NCBI RefSeq assembly: GCF_006345805.1
Contig: NW_021836131.1
Location: 280,694-344,693 of the forward strand
DNA from: Octopus sinensis
Lineage: Eukaryota
Length of the DNA stretch: 64,000 bases
Direction of reading: 5' to 3'
In this document: one piece after another, positions 1 to 12,999 of the stretch
Position numbering within the stretch: position 1 is the stretch's first letter
Layout of the letters: each line of letters begins with the position of its first letter
Position numbers and translations under genes: made by a program
Notes under the pieces: model-generated
Told to the model about the DNA's origin: nothing
Databases searched by the model: none
The model's input: only the letters and a program-made list of their open reading frames with translations

Positions 1-24
1 TTTATTTTTTAAAATTATTTATAG

Positions 25-812
25 ATTAATTTTCTAAATATCTCTTCGAATCCTATCCGTTCAATTAAAATCCCCAAAAATGAAGGTGGAATATTTCCAG
101 CCTTATCTGTACTTTATCTTAAAGATTGTCCTATTGATGATGTTAGTGTCTAATAATGCATTTATATAGATATGTTCATTTGAGGAACTAAATTCCTTCC
201 AAAATGAGGGAATTGTGTTGTGATTTGGTACAATTAAAAATTCTCAGAGACCATTGCTAATTTCTATATTAACCAATATAAAGGTCCTCAACAGGAAATA
301 GAAATTACATTCAATGAACGATTTTTAGCTGAAGCTGCAACAAGAGCCGTTTTGACAGCAATAAATTCAAAAAAGAATCACAAAAATGCAATAGTTTGGA
401 TTTAAATATTTTTTATTCTACCAAGGTCCTGAAAAACGGGCTTACCGGGAGCTCAATAATCAAGAAAACAATCGCGGAGGATTTAATATGTTCATATTTT
501 ATAATATTTGTAGCATTAAAGATTGTAAATGAAAATTCTGGGAAGGATTTGGTGAAGAAATTCCCATTTTATTTTGTTATTTATACCATTTTAAATAGGT
601 CTAATTGAGATATGCAGATTTAAAATGTATTGAGGAAATGGTTTGAAATACAGCGCAAGAATGTACTTTCTATTTTCTTATTTGACAAAGTTTTCTTTTT
701 TTATAGAGAATGTGAAAGGATTTTGGCAAAATGGTTTGAAATTGATGACGATACGCAAAAACTGGATTATTATAATGTAGAAAATGATTCTACTATTTAC
801 CTCAGATATTAA
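25..812 (+). CDS. TBCE: Tubulin-specific chaperone E (LRR + C-terminal ubiquitin-like domain), 3' part, multi-exon
   Basis: Spliced translation gives LRRs (LNISSNPIRSI...LSVLYLKDCPIDD) and the C-terminus FEIDDDTQKLDYYNVENDSTIYLRY*, which resembles the TBCE end ([24 protein letters not shown]). GT-AG introns at ~142-169, 394-425, 552-598, 663-690. A few homopolymer frameshifts. Confidence 0.75.
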
Positions 813-1004
813 TTCATTTTTTAGTAACAATTTTTTAATAATTTTTATAACTTTTTTAAAATCATTATTACAGTTCTTAAAGTCATGAAAAGTGTTGATA
901 CTGCACAAGGTTAATTTAATTAACTATTATTTCTCTACTGTGTTTTCTTAATTTTAAATTCTTTAAGCAGTGTTGCAACATTTTTTGATATAAGAACTAT
1001 TCTA

Positions 1005-1375
1005 GGACATGGTTAGTTAATAAGGACACGGTGAGTTAGTAGCGCCGAACTGCCCGACATGCAGGAAGCTGGCGACTATTAAGCGACGCAAACTGGGCCG
1101 TCGCTCCCAGAGATCCCGAAGCGCTGCGCGTGGTAGCGAAATTTCCTGTGGTCTAGGACAGGAGAACAAGTGGTGGACGGAGATTGAGTAAAGGTTACAT
1201 AGTGGAGATGTCTGGATGTTGCTATTCACGTAGCAACAAAAAGACCTACAATCTTTTACCCATTAGTGAATTGATCATCTGATTCGCTCTTGGCGGCTAT
1301 TGAGTAGACACAAAGCCGTCGCTCGCACCCGTTGCTTCTGTTCTCTGATGACATTGAAACAACAAGGACATTTTC
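1005..1375 (-). mobile_element. 3' remnant of a non-LTR retrotransposon (C-terminal CCHC knuckle)
   Basis: GC-richer block translating to SPLCNLYSISVHHLFSCP...LRDLWERRP; same motif class as 25169-25561. Confidence 0.5.
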
Positions 1376-1509
1376 TTTTATACAGTTTTTAGTTTAAAAA
1401 TCATCTATAGATCTCTTATCGAAAACTCCAAAATCTATCCAGTTTAGTTTAAATCATATATAGATCTCAAGTTTAAAAACGTAAAATAAAATTTAAAATT
1501 AATTATTCT

Positions 1510-1640
1510 TCGCTTATGTAAGCATGTCTGCTCTCACAGGCAACGCCCGCAAATCAAGATGGTTTTATCGAGCGGATATCCCTGCGATAGTACGCTTTAA
1601 TTCTTTCTCGATCGCGTCGGCTTCCCGTCCATGAGGCTTA
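1510..1640 (+). mobile_element. Extreme 3' fragment of a CRE-like retrotransposon
   Basis: Translates with a frameshift to ALTGNARKSRWF..RISLAIVRFNSFSIASAS, the C-terminal motif of the CRE copies elsewhere in the window. Confidence 0.55.
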
Positions 1641-2817
1641 GTTTCGGATTACTTTTTTTATGTATATAATGTTTGGAAAAAAATTTCCCAATTGCCAAAA
1701 AAATATTTTGTCACTTTTTTGTTCTCTTTCATGTGAACTATCTTGTATCTCCATCCACTGAAATTCTACAATAACGGTTATTAGGTAAGATTGATTTGAT
1801 CGTGGCAGTATCACCATAAGCACTTTCAAATTTTTTCAATAAGAGAGCCGGATTCGTTCCATAATCTTTATGGATCCTTATCTATACATAAAATTTATTT
1901 TAGATACCTTATCTTCAACTGAAAATGAATATTTTGACACATGAACTCCCATTTTTTAATTCATTTTGGAAATAGGGGCTATTCAAATTTGGGGTTTCAA
2001 AATTAAAATCAAAGTCTTATTGTTTTTTATCACATTTCTCATTTCATCGAGATTCTTGCATCCATGTCATCCGGAATTGCAGTATTAAACCCGTTAATCC
2101 CTCTGTATTTTATAAAGGACTTCCCTAAGAATAAAAATAAAATAGATACCAGTTGATGAATGTACAGTAAGGTTATAAAATAGACAGCTTCACTTATGTC
2201 ATTTGTCCATTTTTATATCTTTCACGCTTCATCATTTTTAATAAGGATCTGTTAGGTTTGATTAAACCTTTCCACAATTCCTTGGCTTCTGGAGTTATTT
2301 GGCCTGCTGTGGACTTGTTTAATCTTGAATCTTTTGCACAATTCATGAATATGTACATTTTAAAATTCAGTCCAATTGTCAGACACGCAGTGAGTAATAT
2401 TGTGAATATTCTTGCAATGGAAAGCCATTTCCTCTTCATTATCCAAAGTAATTACAAGCCTCGGACTTTTATCTTTCCTTTAAAGATACAGCTTTCCAGA
2501 AATCACACAAAAATTTTCAGCTTTTTTGCTGAGTTGATATCTCTGTTGTTTTTTTTAACGGCAATAGGTCACCATTCCAAATGTCCACAATAAATTATAT
2601 TCAAAAAAAAATTATATCATCAATATTCTTATCAAACAAACGAGGCATTAAACAGCATGCTTAATTTATTGTTTTTAATGATAATGTTAACCATTGAAAA
2701 TAAAAATCCATAATATTATTAATTTTTAAATTAATAAGTAAATATATTTGTCATCTAAATATTTTTAATTAAAATTTTAAAAATTTAAAGCTATGGTAAC
2801 GCATGGGGCATGTGACA
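1640..2817 (-). mobile_element. Degenerate Ginger2/Tdd-like DDE integrase transposon (internally deleted)
   Basis: Minus-strand translation SPRLVITLDNEEEM...SDNWTEF...IKQVHSRPNNSRSQGIVERFNQT, homologous to 58400-59100. A TGT-type terminus (TGTCACATGCCCCATGCGTTAC on minus) lies at 2817; the other end was not found. Confidence 0.7.
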
Positions 2818-2955
2818 TAATGTATTGTTTTTAGAAAATTTAATGTTACTGACTTGTTAAATATACATCATATTTATAATAGATTTATGACAATTAAAAC
2901 TTTGTCAACTCTATTATGATACCAATTTTAAAGTGATTTCTATGACAACAGACGA

Positions 2956-5900
2956 TTTTTTTATTTTGCACGTTGTTGTTGTGGTGGTGCACTTTTTCTT
3001 TTCATTTGTTCTTTTGTAATTTGGTATTCAATAATTCATTGTTGTAATTGTCATCTATCTAATAATTATTCTCTGTTTATTCTTTTTCTGATCCTATGTC
3101 TCCCTGCAGCAAGTGCGAACCTACGTGCCCTCGGAAAAAGGGAAGTTATTGTTCTTCGTGCCAACTCTACTTCCACCTCTCCTGTGTCGGCTTATCGAAG
3201 ATCAGCTTGGCAAGCATCGCAAACTGGAAATGTTTTCGCTGCTCTTCTACTCCTCTGTACATCGAGGCCCCGACTCTTCCCAAAATACCTAAGGACCGGT
3301 CTTGTTCCAAAGCTCGCGAATTCTCGTACTTTTGTCTCGTTTTCGGAAATCGAAGTCTATCCCATTCCTAAATCGGCCAGGATCCAAGTTGCTAACTCCT
3401 TGGCTCTGGCTATTGAGCGGGCTCTGGCCTTGAATTCTTGGAGCGATTGGCTCAAGTTTCTCTCATTTGTCCCTGTCTGTGGGCAGCCCTTTAAACGGCA
3501 CTCTTCGTGGTGACCGCTTGTTCGTCTCGCAGCAAATTAAAACAAACTGCGAGTTTTTCAACAATTCAGAATTTGATATGAGCTATTTTTCCCTTGATGC
3601 TGCTGAAAGGATCCCTCGTCCAATTCGGAGCACTCAGGACATTTCTCGAATGGTTCGCAGCAAGCTTATCAAGGCGACGTTCGGAGTGCAGTACGTGTTA
3701 TTTCCTCGAACACCACAATTGCCCCCCCTTCTGACAAAATCCTCGACCAATTGCGCTCTAAACACCCAGGATGATCTATCTGAAATCCCAGATCTGGTGA
3801 CTGATTCTATATATCCCGTCTCTTCGACGGAAGTAACTGCCGCCCTCAGCTCTTTCCCATTCAGTAGCAGTGGGGGTATGGATGGCTCGAAACCGATTCA
3901 TATAAAAGATCTGATTTCCCCTGTTACTGCAGAGGGTGGAAGACGCTTATTGTTGGCCATCACTTCCCTCTGCTCAAGAATCATCTCTGGTACGATCCCT
4001 CCTTTCGCTAGGGACGTACTCTTTTCCGCAAATCTGACTGCTCTTAACAAAAGTGATGGTGGTGTACGGCCTATCGCTGTGGGCAACATCTTCAGACGCC
4101 TGGCTGCTAAAATTATTTGTCAATCAGTGGTTCCGAAAGCAAGTGCTAAGCTTATGCCATTTCAACTGGGCGTGGGCGTGAAAGGAGCCTGCGAAGCAGC
4201 CGCCCATTGCATACGGCAGCTGTCTTCTGCAAAATGTACTGAAATCCCATTCCTCCTTAAAATTGATGTCAAAAACGCGTTCAACTCGATTCGGCGCGAT
4301 CATATCCTTGAAACTGTCCGATGTCGTTTCCCTGCCTTATACCCGATCGTCCATCTGTCTTACGCCTCCCCCAGCTGTCTCTTGTTTGCCGACAATGTTA
4401 TTATGTCCGAAACTGGTATTCAACAAGGCGACCCTCTTGGGCCCCTTTATTCTCACTCGGTGTTGATCACATTGCCCGCCAATTGTCCTCCGAGGTAAAC
4501 ATTTGGTACCTCGATGATGTTACTCTCGGCGGGGCTTTGGAGACCGTCAGGAATGATATAGAAAAAATTATTTCTGGTTTGCCTCCTTTGGGCTCGCTTT
4601 GAATGGATCCAAATTCGAGCTGATATGCTTGTCTGCGAGCCCTTCGGAATTCAAACTTATTTTTTCCACCTTATCTCACCATATTGAAGGCCTGGGCATC
4701 ACCCAGCTTGATGACCTCATCATTCTGGGTTCCCCAATCAATAGCAAGGCTACTAAGAAGGCTTTATGTGACAGGCTCGAAGAATTGGAAACTCTAATCT
4801 CCCGCATTTCCAAACTTGAATCCCATTTGGGCCTTTTCTTGCTCAAGAACTATCTCTTTATACCAAAGCTAACTTATCTCATGCGCTCATCGCCCTGCTT
4901 TCTCGAACAAGATCACTTGTCTTGTCTCGACAACATGGTCTCCAAAGCTCTTGAGCTTCTCGTAAATATCAAATTCAAACCTTCAGACATGCGACGGGTT
5001 AATTTACTTATTCGTTACGGGGGCATCGGCATTCGTTCTTGTGTTGATTTATCCCTCCCATGTTACCTTTCCTCGTTGTCTGCCTCTGCTAGTTCCTTCA
5101 ACTCTGTTCTCTTCCCCTCCCCTGAACAGCCCGAGTTGTTGGAATATACGGCGGGTGTCAACATGTGGATTTCTCGTGGGCTTAAAATCCCGGACGCCCC
5201 CTCAGTTCAAAAGAACTGGGATGATATACATTGCTCCCATGTACTCGAAGACATCCGCCTACGTGCTGACCAATTTCAGTTGGCAAGCATCAATTGTGCC
5301 TGTCAACCCCACTCGGGCGATTGGCTTGACGCTTTGCCGATTTCCTCGGCTGGAATGTTGCTGGACGACGAATCTGTCCGCATCGGAATCTGTTTACGGC
5401 TTGGCATAGAGATTTGCCAGCCGCACCATTGCAGATGTGGACAACTCATTGACAGGAGAGGTTTACACCCTCTCTCTTGTCGCCTCAGTGCCGGCAGGAT
5501 CCCCAGGCACGCCTCATTGAATGACGTTGTGAAGCGCGCGCTTAACGCCGCTGGATTTCCCTCGATGTTGGAACCGATAGGACTAGACCGTGGAGATGGA
5601 AAACGCCCCGACGGGTCGACATTATTCCCGTTCAGGAAGGGAATGGCACTCGTGTGGGATGTTACCTGCGTAGACTCATTTTCTCCATCATCGCTGGTTG
5701 ACTCCGCTTCTCGTCCTGGATCTGCATCTGCCCTTGCCGAATCTAGGAAAACTGCAAAATATGCCTCTTTGACCGATTCCTGCTGCTTCATTCCCCTGGC
5801 TTTTGAGACCAGTGTGATAATTGGACTTAAAGCCCTCAAACTCCTCTCAGAGATTGGTTCAATCATCTCGAGGAGGAGTCACGACAGTCGCGAAACGAGC

Positions 5901-6018
5901 TGGCTTTTTCAGCGGATATCGTTCGCGATATTACGTGGAAATTGCCTGTCCATCCGCTCGGCGACTCATCTAAATTAGTTAATTTCTCTTCTCTATTTTT
6001 CTTGTTTTTTAAAAAAAA
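2956..6018 (+). mobile_element. Near full-length CRE-clade non-LTR retrotransposon (PHD finger - RT - restriction-like endonuclease)
   Basis: One ORF broken by frameshifts (3096-5978): C4HC3 PHD; RT motifs GGVRPIAVG, QLGVG, KIDVKNAFNS, GIQQGDPLGP, WYLDD; then CRCG..HPLSC, RH, KRPDG, WDVT (RLE). Poly(A) at 6011-6018. TSD AACAGACGA at 2947-2955 and 6019-6027. Confidence 0.92.
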
Positions 6019-6039
6019 AACAGACGAGCTCTTAGATCA

Positions 6040-6720
6040 TGAGCAATGTAAAAAATATAACCTAAATTAATACAAATATTCGAGAGTTATTTATAAAATA
6101 TCCATTAAAGAAATGTCGAAATCATTTCTATAATCACAGGAACTAATTTATGACGGAAAAACGATTTTGAATCTCAAATAAATTTGACTGCAATAGCATC
6201 TACAGTTGTTTTAACCATTTTAACCAAAAAGTATATTGTGCTCGACAAATATTTTCTTGCACAAGAAATCCGATGGAATGTATAACGAAATAATTAGGAC
6301 ATTGTTCTATTTAACTTTCCCATTAAGGAAGCACGATATTACTGAATTAGTAGGAAGACGACTGAGGAATTGAGTGGAGTGACTGTAGTTTAGTTTGTTC
6401 GTACAAACAATCAAAATCAATGTTATATCGACATCATTCATCAACAACAATAAAAATCATTGGAGAATTTAATACCTGGACATAGAAATAGCTTTAATAT
6501 TAAAAACTAAAACTTTGAAACTCCAAGAAAATTTTTTTTATTTCCAAAAGAAAGGAACCAGGAGTGTCGATTTTTAAAAAAATTAGTAGTTCTATACTTA
6601 AATGGGATGTAAGACTACCAGGAGCCAACAATAGCACAAAAAACGAATTCTCGTAAATTAGATATAGTCAATACGGCAGTGCGGTTTTGTGGTTTGTTAA
6701 ACATATTTCACCTCGCAGAA
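6040..6720 (+). mobile_element. Possible highly decayed DNA transposase remnant (Merlin/IS1595-like)
   Basis: Only weak similarity (..TIKNHWR..) in a stop-rich region. Confidence 0.2.
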
Positions 6721-6985
6721 AATTTCCAATATATAGATCTGTTATTCAAATAAATTTAATCTTAAATATGGCGTCAATTATTTTATTATAATAATTCTAT
6801 TTTAAGATATTTTGTTTATTCCTAATTGTTATTTTATCAATTAAGTTCAAATCGTCATATTTGCGCTTTTAAAGAAATTTTAAACTAGTTCTGAATCAGG
6901 TGTGTATTTTAATATATAATTAATTTGCCAAAATGAATCATTTATGATTCACATCAATACATAAAATTTATATAGATTGACCCAG

Positions 6986-9732
6986 ATGAATCAATATTTA
7001 AGTCCATTGATCTCACATAAAGAAAATCAGCAGCTCATATACTGTATGGGGAGAGGAAGAGAAGTATGTAACCTAATAATACGTGATTTAATATATAGAT
7101 AATATATTCTACTATTGCTCAACTATATAATGTAAACAACGATATACCTCGTTCATGGAGACACCAAGCAACAGGAGTAATTTGTTTAGTGAAAAATCAT
7201 ATTGGAAAATGTTTTGTTTTGGCATTTTATAATCTTAAATCAGTATTTTTGTCAAATTCATCTCTAAAGTGTGAACTAATTCTGAAACAAGATCTTTATT
7301 ATAAAATGCCTTATTCTGAACAGACACAGTTTCTTCATTCTTTTGAAACTAAAGTTTGACTATTTTTTATATTGATTTGACCTAATTTCTTGAATTTTGG
7401 TCATATATATATGCTTTACTTTGACTTTGTTAGGACTCAGTTATCGGATTGAACTTTGCCTTTGGGCAAGACGCGAAAAAATTTATTAAAAACGTTCAAA
7501 CCAAGCTCGAAATGATCCGCAATATACGAGGTAGGAATATTATTTTATTTTAATATTTCTATGATTCAATATTATACATTACACTATCATTTTATTTCAT
7601 AATTTAATTTTTAGAAAAAGGATTTTACAATATCGACTCAACAAGTTCTCGTTTGTGTATTTCATTTACTTATTTTTAGCTGAATCTACCACAAGAAAAA
7701 GCAAATCTGTAATTGAAAAATTTAAAAAGGTTTAATTAACATATTTAAAACATCAGATTTAAAAAATAAAAGTCGTAAAATTTCATTCTTTGGAAAAAAA
7801 GATACAAGTAATAATGTTTAAAAGAATTCTAGATGATTTTGATTATGGCAATTGTCTGATTTCTGAACCGAAGGATCCTCATGTTGTTTTACACTATGGA
7901 GAATCTGTAAGTCAAATTGTAGCTTTATTTATTTTAAAGGGGATTGTACTTGATGAAAAAGCTAAAAATAAATTCAGTGAGATAGGATATACTGATGATC
8001 AACTAAAAGACCCAAAAATCGTACAATCGCTCATTTCTTCTATTTCTAATTGTAAAGGAAACCTAAATGAAATAAAAAATACTGCTCCCAAAAAAACTAA
8101 AAAAAGTAATAAATAATTTTTCTACTTCTTAGGTTCTAAATCAAAGAAAAAAGAAAGCCAGAATTTAGTTAATGTTGACGATATAGTAATCGGAGAACCG
8201 CGTAACCCAATGTAATTTCAATTAGAATTTTTATACTATTAGACACACAGGGGAAGCTGACTTGACATTAAAATATGGCATGAATTTTGGTATGTAAATC
8301 TATGAAATCATTAATTTTAGATAATGGCTCAAAATATTGTTTTAATAAGATTGGCGATAATGACGTTAAAAGTAATGAATAATATATTATTTTTAGCTGA
8401 AATGTCTATTCCTGTCGATTTTGAATCGATTAATGACATGTCATCAAATACGCCATTAAATAAGAGTTCATTGTCAGGTATGAAGTCTGTTTGAAACATC
8501 AATTCAGATTCACAATTTAATATTCATTCGAACATGCAACCAAATTTTATGCCTCCTCCGTTTGTTCCCGATAAATTTTTTAGATCTGAACAATTGGATA
8601 TATCAAATAATTTATCACAAAAACCCTTGCCATCGTCATCTCAAATAATCACAAATCCATTTATTGCTCGTTCAAAAGTCGAAAACATTGAAATTCCAAA
8701 ACAAGTTTTTTCACATGCTCCCAATACTTCTCTAAACCCGCCACTGCCAAACATTTTTACAGACCAATTCCCGAAATCAACTTTTTCACGACCCTCTATA
8801 GATAATCTTCCAAAAAAATCATTTTCACGACCTCCTCCAGATACACTTCCAAAATCTACATTTTCAGTTCCTCCTTCGAATGAACAGCCTAAACCACAAA
8901 GAAATATACCATCTTCAAAGTTGGATTTGTCCTCTGATGTAAAATCGCCAACTTCATCAATTCCCCGATTAAGTGGTTGTTTTGATGTTCCAAATTTTCT
9001 ACCCCCATCAAATTTTTCGCCATTAAATCAAAAAATAAACAATGATTCTTCATCAAATTTCATTTCCTCTGATATTGAATCAAGGGGAGGAAATGTTAAT
9101 AAAAATATGCCTTCTAAAATGAGCTCATATAAGCAAACTCATGGTTCAAATTTATCACCAGAGTCAATTATGTGGCCTACAAAAGCAACACCCTCTGATC
9201 AAAAAGAAATGAAGTTACTAAAGCCGACCAAAAAAGAAAAATAGAGGTTTCATTGGTTATGATATTTTCAAGTTGGATTCAATTGAAGATAAAGTATCAG
9301 AAAAGATACATGTACCAACACCTCCAACTGCCTTAAATATTCCATCAAAAAAAGATAATAATTTACCTGATAGAAGTATTTTTAACAACATAATTTTATA
9401 AAGGCAATCTTCTTTTTCAAATTCGAAGTGGTAGTCCAAAATTAAAGAACACGGAATTCACCCCAGCTAAAGAACACAAAGACAATGCCAAACCAGCCAG
9501 TAGTGTTTATTTTAGTTACATTTATTAGATTTACTGAGCGAAATAAGATCTGGGAAAGCACTTCGTCATGTTTCTCCTGAAGATAAAAACCCAAAAAATG
9601 ACATTAAACCCGTACCAGGAATAATGCAGTCTGTTATTGATGTCCTTAATGAACGTAAAGCCGATTTATATTCCTCTGGTGACTTGTTTTGACTTTAATT
9701 TTGTAGATACCAGTGAAGGGGAAGCTTGGTAA
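6986..9732 (+). CDS. WASP: Wiskott-Aldrich syndrome protein (WH1-CRIB-Pro-rich-WH2-C-A), multi-exon
   Basis: Spliced: WH1 (IAQLY...W...TGVICLVKN...FLHSFET.DSVIGLNFA), degenerate CRIB ISEPKDPHVVLHYG followed by LDEKAKNKFSEIGYTDDQLKD, Pro-rich exon 8534-9244, WH2 DLLSEIRSGKALRHV, C helix and acidic end DTSEGEAW*. More than 10 short GT-AG introns. Confidence 0.9.
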
Positions 9733-9844
9733 TTTTCTTGAAATTTTTTTTTATAATCAAAGAAATAAAATGAACTGCTGATTAACTTAATTTATTTTCT
9801 TGTTGACTTTGATTCTGATTTTTAGCATCAATATTAGAAAATAA

Positions 9845-10150
9845 TTTTTTTATTCCCCTAAGATAAGAAACAAAACATTAGACAAAAAAGGAAACCGCCT
9901 AGTTTGCCATGCTAGAGGCTGACGAGATTAAAAAAGAGTTAGAGCGTACTATCGCAAGGGATATCTGCATAAAAAACCATCTTGATTCGCGGGCGACGCC
10001 TGTGGATGTAGAAATTCGAGATCCGAATTCCTGAACGAAGCTGATTGCCTTTCCTCCCAAGGAACCGGAAGTCTCAACTGTGAATGAAAGAATTTGGTAC
10101 TTCTCCACAAGTGAAAACTACTTCCACATCTTTCTGCATTCAGCAAATAT
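9845..10150 (-). mobile_element. 5'-truncated CRE-like retrotransposon
   Basis: FTVETSGSLGGKA...RESRWFFMQISLAIVRSN C-terminus; A-tail at ~9845-9852 on minus. Confidence 0.75.
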
Positions 10151-10153
10151 ATA

Positions 10154-10748
10154 GACAATAACTAATATTTTTATTTTTGCGAAAAGATATTTACGCCTTT
10201 TTACGGCAAAAGTATAATCTGTCCAAAATAAAAAACGAACAAATTTTTATTTGTAAATGTTATTAAATATAATGATTTTTAAAAAATTATTAATATTTGC
10301 ACGCTATAATACTTATTATGGCTAGACATTGAGTTTTAGGAAGAAAAGGGAACAATTATCGGTATTTACAAATGCGGAAAGACGTATCGCGAAATACAAG
10401 TAACAAAAGATCACTTGATTACCATATCGAAAACAATCGAAAATATAAACAAAATATTCCATGCACAAGAAAATATGGTCTGGTCGTCCCCGGCTCCTAA
10501 TTTGAAGAAGATTTAAAAAATCAATAGGCAAGGATTGAAGATCCAAATTTTAATTGCGTAAAATATGCGAGGCACTGAAAGAAGAAACTGGGAAAAATGT
10601 TAACACCTGAAACATCAGTGGTGGGCATACTAAATTTTAATTTGTAAATAAATTTTTGTTCGTTTTTATTTTTGTTCAGATCTCTTGCCGTAAAAAGGCG
10701 GTAATAAAATTTAAATAATTTTTTTGCAAAATAAAAATAGTTATTGTT
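10154..10748. mobile_element. Non-autonomous Tc1-like element with ~100-bp imperfect TIRs
   Basis: Inverted repeats (GACAATAACTA..TTTTGC..GCCTTTTTACGGCAA..AAAAACGAACAAATTTTTATTT and its reverse complement), TA on both flanks, internal SGRPR HTH remnant. Confidence 0.7.
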
Positions 10749-10899
10749 TAGATATGTTAAAATTCTATTTAGATTTTTTTTTTGATTCGTGTCTTGGAAA
10801 TTTTAGGAAAAATGTAGTGTTCGTTTTTTATTTTGGTTTACTGTATATAAATTTATTTTTAGAATTTTTAAAGAATTCTTCCTTTAATGAAATATCGCA

Positions 10900-11199
10900 A
10901 CTCCATCAGCGTGGAAATTAGGATGCGCCTGCAAAGTTTCAACTAGAACTCATTAATTTACAACATGATATAGAAACTGGCGGCATTGTCAAAATGCGTC
11001 CATTATTAATTTTTACGAATTAATTCCTCAAGACAAATAAAAAATATAACACACAATGCATATATGAATCTACATATTTATGAGAATCAATATTTAGTAA
11101 AATGGAAATATTAAAATATATATAATATTTTTGTGTGCGGCCCGCGAAGCTAATCTTAATTAATCGATTGGCCCTGAGCTAAAAGGTTGAGAACCCCTG
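10900..11199 (+). mobile_element. hAT (SPIN/Charlie-type) 3' end remnant
   Basis: Terminal AAAAGGTTGAGAACCCCTG, subterminal GCGGCCCGCGA/GGCCC, short QLELINLQHD fragment. Confidence 0.5.
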
Positions 11200-11689
11200 G
11201 TTTACAGTATGTAAAAATTACTAAACACAGTTATCACAAATTGCGGATATATTGTGTCGACAACTAAGTTTTTGTCTTTTATTTAATTTATGATTGTGTT
11301 TTGAAAATTTATTTGTTATATTTTATTTATTTTGATTTGAATCATTTAATTCATTATTCTCTCAGATAATCAAAATGGAATTTCTAGTTCGAAAAGTGCA
11401 TCGCCTTTTCTTTTCATTTAATTGAGGTTTTACTGTTAAAAAGCTTTTTGTGCTATTTGTGTTTTGTATATGAAAATACAATATAAAACACCGCGCCTTG
11501 CTGTTTTGATACGTTTAAAAAAGAAAATTTTGATTAACATGGATCTCGTTCTGGCCGCTGAACTAAACTTGAAAAGGCCATTTAAAATAATTTTACCTTG
11601 AGGATCCACTCCAAACAACAGGGAAATTTTTCAAGCAAATGAATTGTTCTCATAAGTGTGTGAGGAAGCATTTTTTACTATTCAGTAAA

Positions 11690-11966
11690 AGTGAAATAAT
11701 CGACAGCACGATGTTCTTGTAATGCCTGATAATGCTCGCCTTCATATATCAATAGTCACTTGATTTAACACAACAGATTTTCACTTTTTACGATCACTTT
11801 TAAATGCTATGTGTAGAAGTTTTTTTAACAATAATGTAGTATTCAGAGCTTGGTTGAATAATTTTTTCGAGCCAAAATCTTATGATTTCTACTAAAAGGC
11901 ATTGAGATTTTTGTTAAACGTTGGGAAAAAGTTGTAGACACAGATGGAAAATATATCATTGATTAA
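11690..11966 (+). mobile_element. Mariner transposase C-terminal remnant
   Basis: DNARLH...TDFHFLRSL...FY*KGIEIFVKRWEKVVDTDGKYIID*. Confidence 0.75.
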
Positions 11967-12079
11967 ATAGTCGATGGTTCTTATTTTTCTAACTCAATAA
12001 TTAGACAAATTATGATAACATTTTTATTTGAATAAAATATATCAAAAACATTAAAAATCAATACGCCATAAAGACGCAG

Positions 12080-12548
12080 TCATTCCTTTATATTTTTTAA
12101 TTTTGAAAATAACAAATCTTGTTTTTCAATTCGATTGAGTTTACCATTCCTCGTTTTTGGTGGTTTAATTCTAGTTCAAAAATTAACAAATAAATAAACT
12201 TTGAAGATTTTTTGGATTTTTTATTTCCATTAGACAACGTTATTTCTTTATTCTAATTCGCAAAATCATAATATAAAATATTACCACAATAATTGTATTT
12301 AATAAATCATTTGCTGATTTAGCCCACCAGGAATCTCCAGAATCGACAGAATTAGCATACCCAAGCTAAAATAGAATATAATAGTAATTACCCCATGTTT
12401 TGACTTTTGAGATCTCTGAATGATTGGCTTGGTAATTCCCTGATTAATTATTCCCAATCCCTCACCTAAAGTCTTCATAGCAATAAGCAAATTCTTAACC
12501 TTCTTTCCATCCCATTTTTTCAATAATCTTTTTAGAGCAAAACGGCAT
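12080..12548 (-). CDS. GPATCH4: G-patch domain protein 4-like, multi-exon
   Basis: Spliced MPFCSKKIIEKMGWKEGEGLGIINQGITKPI..KSKHGLGY...SWWAKSAN...GKLNRIEKQDLLFSKLK: G-patch, WW motif and a KLxRxExQ C-terminus as in GPATCH4. Introns 26-34 nt. Confidence 0.75.
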
Positions 12549-12999
12549 AACTACAAAACAACGTGACAAAGTTTTTAAAAATATTTTTAATTTATTAAAA
12601 ACATTAATATATTGAATTTAGTTTCACTCTAAAAACAATTGCAGTAATATTTTCATCTTACACAATTTCTTGCTTCATAAAATTGACGGAATAAAAACTG
12701 GTGCGGTCGACTTATCTGTATAATCGAAGTAATTATATTGGTAAAACGTGAATTTAACTGAAACATCAGAAAAAGTATTGATATTGATGAATTCAATCGA
12801 AAATTTTGGTAAAAAGTCACAATTACATACAAATGAATTCTATAAATTTGTTAAGGTCCAAATTAAAATATTTAAATTGATTGCTGTATTATTTATCTTT
12901 TTCGTTTTGAGCATTCCTTAGCTCTTTAACTACAATTTTTTGTCTACCATCACGATCTGATCTTCACTCCACCATTGTTCTTACACGGCGCGATTCTGT

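Noticed and set aside
25-9732. Programmed frameshifting or pseudogene status for TBCE, WASP and the CRE ORF
   Set aside because: The shifts fall in homopolymer runs, and near-identical array units show the same indel noise, so sequencing error is more likely.
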